A stretch of DNA of 64,000 nucleotides from NCBI GenBank assembly GCA_001029755.1, contig CP011214.1, forward strand, positions 129,754-193,753. The letters are read 5' to 3'. Below the pieces are notes generated by a model. That model ran no database searches. It saw nothing but the letters and a program-made list of their open reading frames with translations, and was not told the origin of the DNA. Positions 39,203 through 50,753 of the stretch are shown here, in pieces. Positions within the stretch are counted from its first letter, which is position 1. Every line of letters starts with the position of its first letter. A program made the translations under genes and the position numbers. Source of the stretch: Candidatus Woesebacteria bacterium GW2011_GWF1_31_35. GTDB taxonomy: Bacteria; Patescibacteriota; Microgenomatia; UBA8517.

Positions 39203-42200
39203 TTAATTATTTGGCAAAAGTGCCTTTTCTGCTGTAACTGGGATTAGTCTTCCAATAATAACATTTTCTTTAAGTCCTAATAATTTATCTTCTCTACCCA
39301 TTAAAGAGCTTTCCGTCAATACTTCAGTTGTTTGTTCAAATGAAGCAGCTGATAACCAGCTTTCTGTATAAAGTGATCTTCTTGTAATACCTAAAACAAT
39401 TTGTTGTGCAGATGAAGGCTCTCCACCAGCTACTAGGGTCTTTTCATTTTCTTCCTCAAAAGATGCCTTACTTGTTAATTCTCCTGGTAAGAAATGGCTA
39501 TCTCCTGCGGTAACAATTCTTACCTCATCACTCATTTTTCTGGCGATTACTTCAAAATGTTTGTCATTTATTCCAATTCCTTGGGATTCATAAACCTTTT
39601 GTAATTCTGCAACCAAGTATTCCTGAGAAGCTCTCAATCCTTTAATTGCCAAAATATCTTTTATATCCAAAGGTCCAAAAGCCAAAGCTGTTCCCGCTTC
39701 AATTAATTGATTATCTTTTACTGCCAACTCTAATGTCTTTGGAATAATGTATTCTCTCTCTTCTTTTATCTTTCCAGTACCCCTTACTACTACTTTCCAA
39801 CCTTCTTCTACTTCTGAAACAACAGTTTTACCAGATATTTCAGTTATTGAAGATGAAATTTTTGGAGTTCTTCCTTCAACCAATTCTTCAACCCTAGGAA
39901 GTCCTTGGGTAATGTCGACCCCAACTACACCAGCTGAATGTTTTGTTTTTAATGTCAATTGAGTTCCCGGTTCTCCGATTGATTGTGCAGCAATAACTCC
40001 AACAGGAGTTCCAACTTCAACCTCTTTTTTGGTAGAAAGATCCCAACCATAACACTTTGCACAAAGTCCATGTCTTGATAAACATGTTAATGGAGATCTT
40101 AAAACAACTTCTTCAACACCAGCAGCATCAATTTTTGTTGCTAATTCTTCGTTTATTGAATCACCCTTGACAGCAATTACTTTATCCTTAGATGCTTTTA
40201 CATCATTTACCAAATATCTTCCAACAATTCTTTGAATAAATGAATTTGGTCTATCCAATTTTCTAATTGTTAGTCCTTCTTCAGAACCACAATCAACCTG
40301 TCTAATAATAAGGTCGTGTGAAACATCTACTAAACGTCTAGTTAAATACCCTGCATCTGCAGTTTTAATAGCTGTATCTGTTAATCCTTTTCTAGATCCT
40401 CTTGAGGAAGTAACATATTCAAATACTGACAAACCTTCTCTAAAGTTACTTTTAATTGGAAGTTCAACAATTTTACCCAACGGATCGACAACCAAACCTC
40501 TCATTGCTGATAATTGTTTCACTTGATCTCTTGAGGCACGACCGACTTTAGCATCAATAACAATCCTAATAGGATTAGTAGGTTCCATCAAAGCCCAAGT
40601 TTTATCTGCAATATCTTCTGAAACTTCGATCCAAACTTCTTTTATTTTTCTTTTCTTTTCTTCCAATGTAACTAACCCTTGATTAAAGTTTTCTTCGATA
40701 TCAGTTACTCTAATTTCAGCTTCCTTTAATAATTTCCCCTTTTCAGGAAGTAATACTGCATCAAATATACCAAATGAAATTCCTGAAAGAGTTCCAGCTG
40801 AAAATCCTAGATCTTTAACATCATCAATCATTTTTACAACTATTGATGCATCGCATTTTGCGTAGGCTAAACTAAATAATTTCTTAATTAATGTTGAGGT
40901 AGCTGATTCATTTACGAAATCAAAAACACTAGGCAATATTTCGTTAAAGTAAATTCTACCTACAGAAGTTTCAACAATTTTTCCTTCAATTCTAACTGAA
41001 ATTAATTGTCTCAATTCAATTCTTCCACTTTGATGAACTAAAATTGCCTCATCTTCATCTGAAAAGACATTCTTACATTTTTCAAGTTTAGGATCAACAG
41101 ATGTTAAATAATAAATTCCTAAAGCCATTTCTTTTGATGCAGGTGTAGAAACTGGTGAACCATCTGATGGACGTAATAAATTATGTTCAGGAAGCATTAA
41201 TGTTTTAGCTTCTTCTATGGCTTGTCTAGATAAAGGAATATGAACTGCCATTTGATCTCCATCAAAATCTGCATTAAATCCAGAACAAACTGCTGGATGA
41301 AGTCTAATTGCTGATCCTTCAATTAATACAGGATAGAAAGCTTGAATTGAAAGTTTATGTAAAGTTGGTGCACGATTAAGTAAAACTGGATGATCTTTAG
41401 TAATTTCTTCCAAAATATCAAAGACTTCAGGTGGTCTTCTATCAAGCATGTTTTTAGCTGATTTTACATTTGGTGCAATTCCTCTTGAGATCATTTCACG
41501 AAGGACAAATGGCTTAAACATTTCAAGAGCCATTTCTTTTGGAAGTCCACATTGATTAAGTTTTAAGTCAGGTCCAACTATAATTACACTTCTTCCTGAA
41601 TAATCAACTCTTTTCCCTAATAAATTTTGTCTAAATCTTCCTTGTTTTCCTTTTAACATATCAGATAAGGATCTTAATGGCTGTCTACCTCTTGCTCTTC
41701 TTGTTGCTTTTCTTTGTGATGCATCAATTAAAGAATCAACTGCTTCTTGAAGCATTCTTTTTTCATTTCTTAAAATTATTTCAGGAGCTCCTAATGTAAT
41801 TAAATGTTTTAATCTATTATTTCTATTGATTACTCTTCTATATAAATCATTTAAATCACTGGTTGCAAATCTTCCACCTGAAAGTTGCACCATTGGTCTT
41901 AAGTCTGGAGGAAGTACTGGAAGTACTTTAAGTATCATCCAAACAGGATCAATTTTAGCTCTCTTCATTCCATCTATAAGCTTTAATCTTTTAACTAATT
42001 TTATATATTTAGTGCTCGTTACTTTAGTTTCATCAATTTCAGCTCTTATCTCTACTGATTGTTTTTCCAAATCTACTTCTGCAAGAACAGAAAGAACTGC
42101 TTCAGCCCCCATCTTGGCATCAAAGAAATCTGCTGCTCCGTAAGTTGCTAATTCGTCATATTCTTCTTCAGATAAAATACTTAAAGTCTTAAGTCCTCTA

Positions 42201-42934
42201 ACTAAACTTATTAAATTTTCAAAAAGCTTAGAATTTCTAGAAAGATTTGCCTTTTCATCTTCAGAAATTGAAGTTTCTTTCTTTCTTGAATCTAGTTCAA
42301 TTTCAGATATTGCTAGAGACAATTGTTCTTTGTCTTTAATCTTTCCCTCAATTTTTTCTTTTGCTTTTTTGGCCTCACTAGAAAGGATTTCTTTCTTTTC
42401 TTTAAATACTGTAATAATTTGTTTTTCATTTTCAGAAAGTGCAGTTTCTAGTAATTTAATTGCTTCTTTTTTCTTATCTTCATCAACATTTAAAGCCATA
42501 TATCTAGCAAAATAAATAACTTGTTCCATAGCTCTTGGAGCAACACCTAAAATGGTCGATATCTTGGAAGGTGCACCTTTGAAAAACCAGATGTGAGCAA
42601 CTGGACAAGCAAGACTAATATGTCCCATTCTTTCGCGTCTTACACGAGATTGTGTAACTTCAACCCCACATTTATCACAAATTACACCTTTGTATCTGAT
42701 TCTTTTGTACTTTCCACAATAACATTCCCAATCTTTAGTAGGACCAAATATTTTTTCATCAAATAAACCATCTTTTTCAGATTTTAGAGTTCTATAATTA
42801 ATTGTCTCAGGTTTTAATACTTCACCTCTACTCCACCTTCTTATATCTTCAGGTGAAGCAAGTTTAATCATGAGGGTTGCAAAATCCTCAAGATTTTTCA
42901 AATCAAACAATTGATCAAGTGTATTAGTTAACAT
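39203..42934 (-). CDS. rpoC: DNA-directed RNA polymerase subunit beta'
   Basis: Zn finger CxxC...CxxC, NADFDGD catalytic motif, 1243 aa. Confidence 0.95.
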   Translation of the reverse strand: MLTNTLDQLFDLKNLEDFATLMIKLASPEDIRRWSRGEVLKPETINYRTLKSEKDGLFDEKIFGPTKDWECYCGKYKRIRYKGVICDKCGVEVTQSRVRRERMGHISLACPVAHIWFFKGAPSKISTILGVAPRAMEQVIYFARYMALNVDEDKKKEAIKLLETALSENEKQIITVFKEKKEILSSEAKKAKEKIEGKIKDKEQLSLAISEIELDSRKKETSISEDEKANLSRNSKLFENLISLVRGLKTLSILSEEEYDELATYGAADFFDAKMGAEAVLSVLAEVDLEKQSVEIRAEIDETKVTSTKYIKLVKRLKLIDGMKRAKIDPVWMILKVLPVLPPDLRPMVQLSGGRFATSDLNDLYRRVINRNNRLKHLITLGAPEIILRNEKRMLQEAVDSLIDASQRKATRRARGRQPLRSLSDMLKGKQGRFRQNLLGKRVDYSGRSVIIVGPDLKLNQCGLPKEMALEMFKPFVLREMISRGIAPNVKSAKNMLDRRPPEVFDILEEITKDHPVLLNRAPTLHKLSIQAFYPVLIEGSAIRLHPAVCSGFNADFDGDQMAVHIPLSRQAIEEAKTLMLPEHNLLRPSDGSPVSTPASKEMALGIYYLTSVDPKLEKCKNVFSDEDEAILVHQSGRIELRQLISVRIEGKIVETSVGRIYFNEILPSVFDFVNESATSTLIKKLFSLAYAKCDASIVVKMIDDVKDLGFSAGTLSGISFGIFDAVLLPEKGKLLKEAEIRVTDIEENFNQGLVTLEEKKRKIKEVWIEVSEDIADKTWALMEPTNPIRIVIDAKVGRASRDQVKQLSAMRGLVVDPLGKIVELPIKSNFREGLSVFEYVTSSRGSRKGLTDTAIKTADAGYLTRRLVDVSHDLIIRQVDCGSEEGLTIRKLDRPNSFIQRIVGRYLVNDVKASKDKVIAVKGDSINEELATKIDAAGVEEVVLRSPLTCLSRHGLCAKCYGWDLSTKKEVEVGTPVGVIAAQSIGEPGTQLTLKTKHSAGVVGVDITQGLPRVEELVEGRTPKISSSITEISGKTVVSEVEEGWKVVVRGTGKIKEEREYIIPKTLELAVKDNQLIEAGTALAFGPLDIKDILAIKGLRASQEYLVAELQKVYESQGIGINDKHFEVIARKMSDEVRIVTAGDSHFLPGELTSKASFEEENEKTLVAGGEPSSAQQIVLGITRRSLYTESWLSAASFEQTTEVLTESSLMGREDKLLGLKENVIIGRLIPVTAEKALLPNN

Positions 42935-45900
42935 TTACTACCTCCATTATTCCTTTAGGATCTACTAATTCTTCAGTTGCAATAACTTCAGCCCCTAAGT
43001 TTTTAGCAAGTTCTTCACCAGCTTTTGTATCTTCATCAATAATATCTTTAGTTAAAGTTACCCCTTTAGGAATAATATTTAGGCCCAATGCGTTTAGTTC
43101 TCTAACTAAAACCTTAAAGCTTTCAGGAATTGTTGATTCTGGAATATCAGTATTTTTAACTATTGCTTCAAAAGCCTTGGCACGACCAACAATATCATCA
43201 GATTTAATTGTCAACATTTCTTGTAATATATGTTGTGCACGGTGTGCCTCAAGTGCCCAGACTTCCATTTCTCCTAATCTTTGGCCTCCCATTTGAGCTT
43301 TACCACCCAATGGTTGTTGTGTAACAAGAGAATATGGACCAGTTGATCTAGCATGAGTCTTGTCTTCAACCATATGAGTGAGTTTTAATATATAACCAAT
43401 ACCAACGACCGTATCTTCTTTAAAAGATTCGCCAGTTCTTCCATCAGTTAATCTGGTCTTTCCAGTGACAGAAAGGTTCGCGTTTTTAAGTTCTTTGACT
43501 AAAGTATCTTCAGTAATATGATCGAAAACTGGAAATGCTCCTTTTTCATTCATCTTATGAAGTGCTAAACCAAAATGAGCTTCTAGTAATTGACCTAAAT
43601 TCATACGAGAAAGAACTGATAATGGTGAAATAACAATATCTACTGGAGTACCATCTGACAAATAAGGCATATCAGAAACTGACATTATTTTAGAAATTAC
43701 TCCTTTATTTCCATGTCTACCAGCAACTTTATCTCCAACAGTAATTTTTCTAATTTGGGCAACTTTAACAGTTATTTTTTCAATTACTCCAGGTCCTAAA
43801 TCATCACCCTTGTTTCGATCTAAAATATTAACTCCAACAACAATACCTTTTTCACCATGTGGGACACGAAGAGAGGTATCTCTTACTTCTCTTGCCTTTT
43901 CACCAAAAATAGCACGTAGAAGTCTTTCTTCTGATGTTAATTCTGTTTCTCCTTTTGGAGCAATCTTTCCTACTAAAATATCATTAGGTCCTACTTCTGC
44001 CCCAATTACCACAATTCCATCTTCAGCTAAGTTTGCCAGTTCTGCCTCTGAAACATTTGGAATATCTCTTGTTCTTTCCTCCGCGCCTAGTTTAGTGTCT
44101 ACCACTTCTGCATCATATTCTTCGATATGAATTGATGTTAAAAGATCTTCTTTAACTAACCTATCTGAAATTAATATGGCATCTTCAAAACCATATCCGC
44201 CAAAACTTGTGTAGGCAACAACTAAATTTCGACCTAAGGCTAATTCTCCATTTTGACTTGCAGGACCATCTACTAACAAATCACCTTCTTTAATCTTTTC
44301 TCCAGGTGAAACAATAATTCTTTGGTTATAACAAGTAGAATGAGCTGTTCTTTTAAATTTCATTAACGAATAACTTTCTTTATTACCACCATCAATTACA
44401 TCAACATCTTCTGCTGATTCATCAATCGAAATTTTTTTATCTAATTTAATTACTACTTTTTCATTATCAGTATATTCAACAATTCCAGAATGTCTTGCAA
44501 CAACTGCTCTTTTCATTGCTTGTGAAATTTCTCCCTCCATACCTGTTCCAACAATTGGTGCTTCAGGAGCAACCAATGGAACAGCCTGACATTGCATGTT
44601 AGATCCCATTAAAGCTCTATTTCCTTCATCATGTGCCAAAAATGGAATTAAAGAAGCTGAAGTTCCAACTAATTGTCTTGGAGTAATATCAATTAAATCT
44701 ACAAGTGTTGAAAGTCCTTCTGTAAAATTACCTAAATATCTTAATGGAACTCTCTCATCTTTAATAAAGCCTTTATCATCAATCGAAATTCCAGAATGAG
44801 TTATGTGATAATTTTCTTCATCATCTGCTGTTAAATAAGTGATTTCATCAGTAACTCTGACTTTTTTACCAACTTTTTCTATTTTTTTATAGGGAGTTTC
44901 TAAAAATCCGAACTCATTTACCCTTGCATAAAGAGATAAATATGTAACTAAACCAATATTTGGTCCTTCAGGACTTCTTACTGGATCAAGTCTTCCATAT
45001 TGTGACGAATTAACGTCTCTTATAGAAAAAGATGCTCTTTCCCTGTTAATTCCACCTGCTCCAAGAACTGAAACACGTCTTAAATTATCAACCTCTGAAA
45101 GAGGATTTGTATCATCTAAAATTGTTGAAAGTTGGTTACTTCTAAAAAATTCATTTAAAGAAGAAATTAAAGGTCTAGCATTAATTAAATTTGATGGAAG
45201 TGGTCTATCATCTGGGGAAATTAAGCTCATTTTTTCTTTAACTGATCTTTCTAGCCTTAAAAGTCCAATTCTAAAAGCATTAACAGCAACCAATTCTCCA
45301 ACTCTTCTTAATCTTCTATTTGAAAGATGATCAATATCATCAACTCTTCCTTTACCGTTTTGAAGTCCAACAAGATAGTTTAAAGAAGAAGTAACATCTT
45401 TTAATGTCAAAACATTTACATTCTTTTCTGCAATAATACTTCCTAATCTTTTGTTAATTTTATGTCTCCCAACTTCTCCTAAATCATATCTTCTTTTATC
45501 TAAAAATAAACTTTCAAAAAGATTAACTGCATTTTCAACCAAAACAGGTTCTCCTGGTCTTAATTTTCTATAAATTTCCAAAAGTGCTTCTTCTCTTCCT
45601 TTAGTAGAATCTTTTTCAAGAGTTTTCTCTATATATTTATGTTCTTTATCTGAATCAATTTCAGAAAATAATCTAATTATCTCTTTTTCATTCTCTAGCC
45701 CTAAAGCTTTTAAAAATACTGTTGCCAATACTTTTTTCCTTCTATCAATTCTTGCATAAATTAAGTCTCCTCTTGTTACTTCAAATTCAAGCCATGAACC
45801 ATGAAGCGGTCTTACTTCTGCTTTATAGAGAACTCTCCCTGAAGAAGGATCAAGCTCACCAGAAAAATAAATTCCTGGGGATCTGACTATTTGATTAATG

Positions 45901-46286
45901 ACTGCTCTTTCAATTCCGTTAATTATAAATGTTCCACGATGTGTCATTTGTGGAAGATCACCTAAAAAAACTTCTTGACTTACTTCTTTACCTGTTCTTT
46001 TATTTATTAAATTTGCAGTTATTTTTAGAGGGGAAGAATATGTTGAACCTTTAAGCTGAGCATGAGAAGCAGTTATTGAAGGTAACCCCAAAGAATGATC
46101 ACCTAATGAAAGTTGCCAATTTTTACCCGTAAAATCATCTATTGGAGAAATTGCTTTAAGTTCTTCGGCTATACCATTTACTAAAAACCATTGCCATGAT
46201 TCTCTTTGAATCAACGTTAAATCTAGTTTAGGTAGATTTTCATCTTCTTTTCCGAAATTTCTTCTAGGGTTAATTTTTGACTTCAT
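42924..46286 (-). CDS. rpoB: DNA-directed RNA polymerase subunit beta
   Basis: 1120 aa with conserved beta regions. Overlaps rpoC by 11 nt. Confidence 0.95.
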   Translation of the reverse strand: MKSKINPRRNFGKEDENLPKLDLTLIQRESWQWFLVNGIAEELKAISPIDDFTGKNWQLSLGDHSLGLPSITASHAQLKGSTYSSPLKITANLINKRTGKEVSQEVFLGDLPQMTHRGTFIINGIERAVINQIVRSPGIYFSGELDPSSGRVLYKAEVRPLHGSWLEFEVTRGDLIYARIDRRKKVLATVFLKALGLENEKEIIRLFSEIDSDKEHKYIEKTLEKDSTKGREEALLEIYRKLRPGEPVLVENAVNLFESLFLDKRRYDLGEVGRHKINKRLGSIIAEKNVNVLTLKDVTSSLNYLVGLQNGKGRVDDIDHLSNRRLRRVGELVAVNAFRIGLLRLERSVKEKMSLISPDDRPLPSNLINARPLISSLNEFFRSNQLSTILDDTNPLSEVDNLRRVSVLGAGGINRERASFSIRDVNSSQYGRLDPVRSPEGPNIGLVTYLSLYARVNEFGFLETPYKKIEKVGKKVRVTDEITYLTADDEENYHITHSGISIDDKGFIKDERVPLRYLGNFTEGLSTLVDLIDITPRQLVGTSASLIPFLAHDEGNRALMGSNMQCQAVPLVAPEAPIVGTGMEGEISQAMKRAVVARHSGIVEYTDNEKVVIKLDKKISIDESAEDVDVIDGGNKESYSLMKFKRTAHSTCYNQRIIVSPGEKIKEGDLLVDGPASQNGELALGRNLVVAYTSFGGYGFEDAILISDRLVKEDLLTSIHIEEYDAEVVDTKLGAEERTRDIPNVSEAELANLAEDGIVVIGAEVGPNDILVGKIAPKGETELTSEERLLRAIFGEKAREVRDTSLRVPHGEKGIVVGVNILDRNKGDDLGPGVIEKITVKVAQIRKITVGDKVAGRHGNKGVISKIMSVSDMPYLSDGTPVDIVISPLSVLSRMNLGQLLEAHFGLALHKMNEKGAFPVFDHITEDTLVKELKNANLSVTGKTRLTDGRTGESFKEDTVVGIGYILKLTHMVEDKTHARSTGPYSLVTQQPLGGKAQMGGQRLGEMEVWALEAHRAQHILQEMLTIKSDDIVGRAKAFEAIVKNTDIPESTIPESFKVLVRELNALGLNIIPKGVTLTKDIIDEDTKAGEELAKNLGAEVIATEELVDPKGIMEVVNVN

Positions 46287-46299
46287 TTAAATATTTTTG

Positions 46300-46384
46300 G
46301 CAAAAACGAAAACCCCGCAGATGCGGGAATAGCCTACAAATGTAGGCCTAAGGCTGATTATATATAAATAAGAATTGGTGTCAA
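46300..46384 (-). promoter_or_regulatory. sigma70-like promoter (TTGACA-N16-TATAAT) and two GC-rich leader hairpins plus U-tract upstream of rpoB
   Basis: -35 at 46379-46384, -10 at 46357-46362. Hairpins GCCUACAUUUGUAGGC (46332-46347) and CCCGCAUCUGCGGGG (46313-46327), then UUUUCGUUUUU. The rpoB ATG is at 46286. Confidence 0.5.
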
Positions 46385-46424
46385 GCGGTAAAATTATATC
46401 TAAATTAAGATACCTTCTTTATGT

Positions 46425-47378
46425 CTAGTTTAGATATTTCCTTACGTTTGCATTATGTTCTTCTAAATTTTTGGCATAATGAATAACACCCTTGCCATCA
46501 TGAATGTAATACCAAAAATCTGACTTTTCAGGATTTATAGAAGCATTTATAGAAGATAAACCTGGGTTCGCAATAGGAAGAGGAGGAAGACCTAAATTTT
46601 TATAGGTATTGTAAGTAGAATTTATTTCTTTATCTAAATTAAAAACATCACCCCAATATTTACAATCAATAATCTTATTTTTACATTCAATATTAGCCTT
46701 TGCATATTGAACTGTTGCATCAACTTGAAGAGGCCAACCGGCATCAATTCTTTTGTATAAAATTCCTGCAACAATTGGTTTCTCATCATCCCCTAAAGTC
46801 TCTCTTTCTATTAAGGATGCCATTATTAATTGTTCTAAAGTCACATCACTTACTTTTTTATCAAAAGTGGAAAGCATTTTAGCTACAATTGCAGATGAAG
46901 ATGCTGACTTTGAGAATAAATATGTGTCTGGAAATAAATATCCTTCTTTCCCAATTGTTAAAGAGTTAAATTCTTTCATAAAGTCACTATTTTTACTTAA
47001 AGAACTTGCAAATTTTTGAGAAATCTCTTCTCTTCTTAATCCTTCAGGTATTGTTACCCAAATTTCTGCTGGACCTTTTTTTAAAGTTTCTAAAATTTCA
47101 ATAAGTGTTAGATTTTTTGAAAGACTAAACTCTCCAGCTTGAATTTTATTCTGTGAACCAGTTAATTGAACATAAAATTTAAAAACAATGGGGTTTTTAA
47201 TAAAACCCTGTTTATATAAATCATTTCCAATCAAAGAAACTGAGCTTCCTTTAGTAATTAAAAAATTAACTTGAGTTTTATCAGTTGATACAGGAAGAAA
47301 CATTTGTTTAACAAAAATAATTCCAACAACAAATAATGATAGAGCAAAAAAAAGTAAATAAATTATTTTTTTAAACAT
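46425..47378 (-). CDS. mltG: endolytic murein transglycosylase MltG (YceG-like)
   Basis: N-terminal TM, then PEGLRREEI, GYLFPDTY, LIERE, LQVDATVQY and LPPLPIANPG motifs. Confidence 0.85.
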   Translation of the reverse strand: MFKKIIYLLFFALSLFVVGIIFVKQMFLPVSTDKTQVNFLITKGSSVSLIGNDLYKQGFIKNPIVFKFYVQLTGSQNKIQAGEFSLSKNLTLIEILETLKKGPAEIWVTIPEGLRREEISQKFASSLSKNSDFMKEFNSLTIGKEGYLFPDTYLFSKSASSSAIVAKMLSTFDKKVSDVTLEQLIMASLIERETLGDDEKPIVAGILYKRIDAGWPLQVDATVQYAKANIECKNKIIDCKYWGDVFNLDKEINSTYNTYKNLGLPPLPIANPGLSSINASINPEKSDFWYYIHDGKGVIHYAKNLEEHNANVRKYLN

Positions 47379-47401
47379 TTAAAGAAATTAATTTTTAATT
47401 A

Positions 47402-47599
47402 TTAAACTTCATCAATGAGGGCACGACGATATTTCTTTGTTTTAGTGTCATGAATATAAATTCTCCCGCATTTACAGGTTACTATTTCTCCATACTTATG
47501 AAGTTTTTTTGAAGCTTTATCCAAAGGCATACCACAACCTACACATTTTCCCTGAGAAAGCAACCATGCCTGTATTGGCGCAATTACATTTTTAAACAT
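47402..47599 (-). CDS. small zinc-ribbon protein (65 aa)
   Basis: CVGCG...CKCG pairs. Overlaps ruvX by 8 nt. Confidence 0.5.
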   Translation of the reverse strand: MFKNVIAPIQAWLLSQGKCVGCGMPLDKASKKLHKYGEIVTCKCGRIYIHDTKTKKYRRALIDEV

Positions 47600-47954
47600 A
47601 ATCTATGTAAGATTGTAACATAACTGTTGCAGCAAATGCATCCTCATTTAATTTTCGTTTTTTTCTATTCATACCAGATTCGATTGACAACTTTTGCGCA
47701 TCATGAGTGGAAAGAGTTTCATCAAAGGTTTTTGCATTAATTCTTTCTGCAAATTTTTTTGACTCTTCTCCCATTTCCCCTTCAGAAACTCCCACTACAA
47801 CTTGTTCTATTTGTAACACTTTTATTATTTGTAATATCTTTTTAACAGCACTTTCAAAACTATCTACTTTAATTACCTTATAGGGCTCAGCTAAAGTAGA
47901 ATTGCCAAGTGCAAGCCCTATTTTTCTTCTTCCATAATCAATTCCTAATATTTT
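47592..47954 (-). CDS. ruvX: Holliday junction resolvase-like RuvX/YqgF
   Basis: MKILGIDYGRRKIGLALG RNase H-like start. The track's upstream extension overlaps the sortase. Confidence 0.8.
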   Translation of the reverse strand, partial: KILGIDYGRRKIGLALGNSTLAEPYKVIKVDSFESAVKKILQIIKVLQIEQVVVGVSEGEMGEESKKFAERINAKTFDETLSTHDAQKLSIESGMNRKKRKLNEDAFAATVMLQSYIDYV

Positions 47955-47970
47955 CATATAATTTAATTTA

Positions 47971-48663
47971 TTAAATAGACGCATCAGAAACAACTCTTGC
48001 CCTAACAATTAATCTTCTTGGATTTCTAGGATCCCCTGGTGGAACACAAGTAACTAAAGTTAAAAATGAATCAGTTGTATCTTGTTGCAAAATTTGAATA
48101 TCCGTAGGAAGAATTTCAAATAACTCTTCGACCTTAAATTTGTAAGAAACACCATCAAAATTTACTAAAATATCATCTCCTTTTTTAAGTGTAGGTAAAG
48201 TTGAAAAAATAGCTATATAGTTTTTAGGATTATAAAAGATAGGTAATATTGAATGGCCAAAAATTGCAGCGTTTCCATTTTTGCCAGGTAGTGCTGTTCC
48301 TGGATATTGAACTAAATTTTTGGAAAGATCATCTCCACCAATTGAGACTACAGCATTTTCAATTTTAAGTTTTGGAATTGAGATTGTATAAAATGCAACC
48401 TTAGAAGGATTAAAGTCTTTATTTCCAGAGGCTTCTGGAAACCAATTAGATGCTTTTGTAAAATCTTTATTTTCCTGTTTATTATTAGTTTTATCTTGAA
48501 TAATAAGTGGAGATAGTAAGGTTGCATAGGTTCTCGCTTTGGTTAATTGGTATTCAACAATCGGCCAAACAGAAGCAATTAATATAATTAATCCCGAAAT
48601 TCCACAAATTAAAGAAGAAATTTTGATTATTTTTCTTTTACGATGGTAACTTGAAGCATTCAT
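47971..48663 (-). CDS. sortase family transpeptidase
   Basis: N-terminal TM, then catalytic His (FGHS), Cys (TLVTC) and Arg (LIVRA). Confidence 0.8.
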   Translation of the reverse strand: MNASSYHRKRKIIKISSLICGISGLIILIASVWPIVEYQLTKARTYATLLSPLIIQDKTNNKQENKDFTKASNWFPEASGNKDFNPSKVAFYTISIPKLKIENAVVSIGGDDLSKNLVQYPGTALPGKNGNAAIFGHSILPIFYNPKNYIAIFSTLPTLKKGDDILVNFDGVSYKFKVEELFEILPTDIQILQQDTTDSFLTLVTCVPPGDPRNPRRLIVRARVVSDASI

Positions 48664-50753
48664 CTTTCTGCAGAAATCTCAACTGAAATATTTTTATAAA
48701 GGTGTGGTAAAGTTCCAAGTTTTCCAGGAAGAAGTGGTTTTATACGAAATTCAGCCCTTACAAATCCAGGAACATTCCCTAAATAGCTTTCTGCTAAGTT
48801 CGGATATTTACCAACAATTTTTTTGGCAATTTCATCTGGATTAATATTTGGCAATAAATTTACAGAAATTATTACCTCAAATTTTGTTTCATCCGAGGTA
48901 GAGGAAAAATCATACAAAATTTGATCTTCATGCAATACAAACCCTGAAGGAATTTTTCCCTCAAGTTGTCTTTTTGAAATATCTGTCAAATTCTTTTTAG
49001 AAACTGTATTACCCACAACATTTAGTTCCAAGGATAATTTTATTGTTGAAGCTTCATCTCCTACTTTATTACTAAAATCTTCATTCTTTACCTCAATCTT
49101 TAAAGAAGGTTCGATTAATAAATCTTCCTCGGAAATTTTTTCTTTTAGTTTAGTTTTTGCTTCATCTAATAGTTCGTTTGTCAAATCTTTTAAAAGAGTA
49201 CTTCTATCACTTTCCGAAACAGCAGAAATTTGTCTACTAGTTCCTCCAGTTAAATTATTTGTTGAAGTTGCATCAACCTCAGCTTTTGGATAATTGGCAA
49301 CCTTAAATATTTCGTCTTTAGCTAAATTATATTCAGATCCAATACTTCCCGCCTCAACATCAATAACTGTTGTCCCAGGTTCACTTGGAGATAAAGCTCC
49401 AGAAATTGATGCAGTTTTGGTTGTAACAAATCTAAGATCAGTAGCTGATGTAATTATTGTTCCCGATGGTAAATTTATAGCAAAGGCTGTGCCGTTTTGA
49501 ATTTTAACTGAACCTTTTGCTTTTTCACCAACTGTTTTTGTTCCAGTTGTAGATTTTGTTTTATCACCACTAACGGTTTCATCAACATTTTTAGATGAGA
49601 TGTCTGTTCCAAATTCTAAATTTATTCTTTCTTCTAATTTTTTAGGGGAAACAAAAACTGTGACAGACGCTTTTGGTAAAAACCACCAAAGAACAAATCC
49701 AATAACAAAAATGGTAACTAAAGTTATTCCACCAATGATAAATGGTCTTTTGTTTGTGGCAAAATTCACGGTTGGTTTTTTAAATTTAAATACTGGAAGT
49801 TTTGGTAATTTTAAATTAAATTTCTTTTTAATTTCACCACCTCCACTACCAACTACAAACCCTAAATCCTCAGGAGTTATTCCTTTTGGCTCACTCACAT
49901 TTTCTAACTCTTCAGGTTTATTAAAAGTAGATTTCTCTGTTTTTTCTACAACTTCATTATTTTTTAAATTGTCAATTTGTAAACCAATCTTAATACCTGT
50001 AACTTCTTCCATCTCAGATCCTCCTGCTAAACAAACTGCCAAAATTTTATTGTCTGGTTCAATTATTTCTAATTTTGGAGTATGTAAAAATCCTGATTCT
50101 CCAATTTTTCCCCATTCGAAAGATTCTAATGCTGATTTTATTTCTTCTAATTCTGGTTCCTTTTGATTATATAAAAGTATTCTAGGAGGAAAGCTTTCTT
50201 GATTTACAGCAAGCCTACTTAATCCCTCCAAAAGATCTTCCTCTACTGATACACTTCTAGCAACAATTGTGGTTCCAACTAATTTTCCTAAATTAAAAAC
50301 TGAGATATCCAAATTTTCATTACTTATTCCAACTGTTACACCCGAAAGAGGAGATTCTTCTTTTATTTTAACAAAGTGAGCAATAGCCTCGGGTAAAACC
50401 ACAAAACCAGATGGTTCAAGAGATAATTCCTGACAAATTTTTTTAAGACTAGTAAGATGCTCTTCTTTTATATTTCCGCCTTCAACCCAAAGTGAAGGAA
50501 CACCAAAAACAGTCTTTGAAGGTTCGCCTATATCCTCTGGTAAATTTTGAGTACAAGAAGAAAGTGAAGCATCAACTGCTTCAATTAAATTTTCTTCATT
50601 TTCCCACCTGGTACTTGGAGAAGTAGAAATAACTTCAACTTTTCCATCATCAATTTGCCAAACAGCTGAACTTATCCATTGTGCTTCCAATAGAAGAGCC
50701 CAGAAATATTCTTTTTTTTCTTTTGTTTTATTAATTAATGATTTAATGTCCAT
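48660..50753 (-). CDS. large bitopic membrane protein: ~335-aa cytoplasmic domain with degenerate actin-like (FtsA/PilM-like) pattern, one TM, ~330-aa Ser/Thr/Gly-rich extracytoplasmic domain
   Basis: TM at about residues 350-375. 4-nt overlap with the downstream sortase. Start set at MDIKSLINK to avoid a 53-nt overlap with alaS. The actin-like call is pattern-level only. Confidence 0.55.
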   Translation of the reverse strand: MDIKSLINKTKEKKEYFWALLLEAQWISSAVWQIDDGKVEVISTSPSTRWENEENLIEAVDASLSSCTQNLPEDIGEPSKTVFGVPSLWVEGGNIKEEHLTSLKKICQELSLEPSGFVVLPEAIAHFVKIKEESPLSGVTVGISNENLDISVFNLGKLVGTTIVARSVSVEEDLLEGLSRLAVNQESFPPRILLYNQKEPELEEIKSALESFEWGKIGESGFLHTPKLEIIEPDNKILAVCLAGGSEMEEVTGIKIGLQIDNLKNNEVVEKTEKSTFNKPEELENVSEPKGITPEDLGFVVGSGGGEIKKKFNLKLPKLPVFKFKKPTVNFATNKRPFIIGGITLVTIFVIGFVLWWFLPKASVTVFVSPKKLEERINLEFGTDISSKNVDETVSGDKTKSTTGTKTVGEKAKGSVKIQNGTAFAINLPSGTIITSATDLRFVTTKTASISGALSPSEPGTTVIDVEAGSIGSEYNLAKDEIFKVANYPKAEVDATSTNNLTGGTSRQISAVSESDRSTLLKDLTNELLDEAKTKLKEKISEEDLLIEPSLKIEVKNEDFSNKVGDEASTIKLSLELNVVGNTVSKKNLTDISKRQLEGKIPSGFVLHEDQILYDFSSTSDETKFEVIISVNLLPNINPDEIAKKIVGKYPNLAESYLGNVPGFVRAEFRIKPLLPGKLGTLPHLYKNISVEISAER

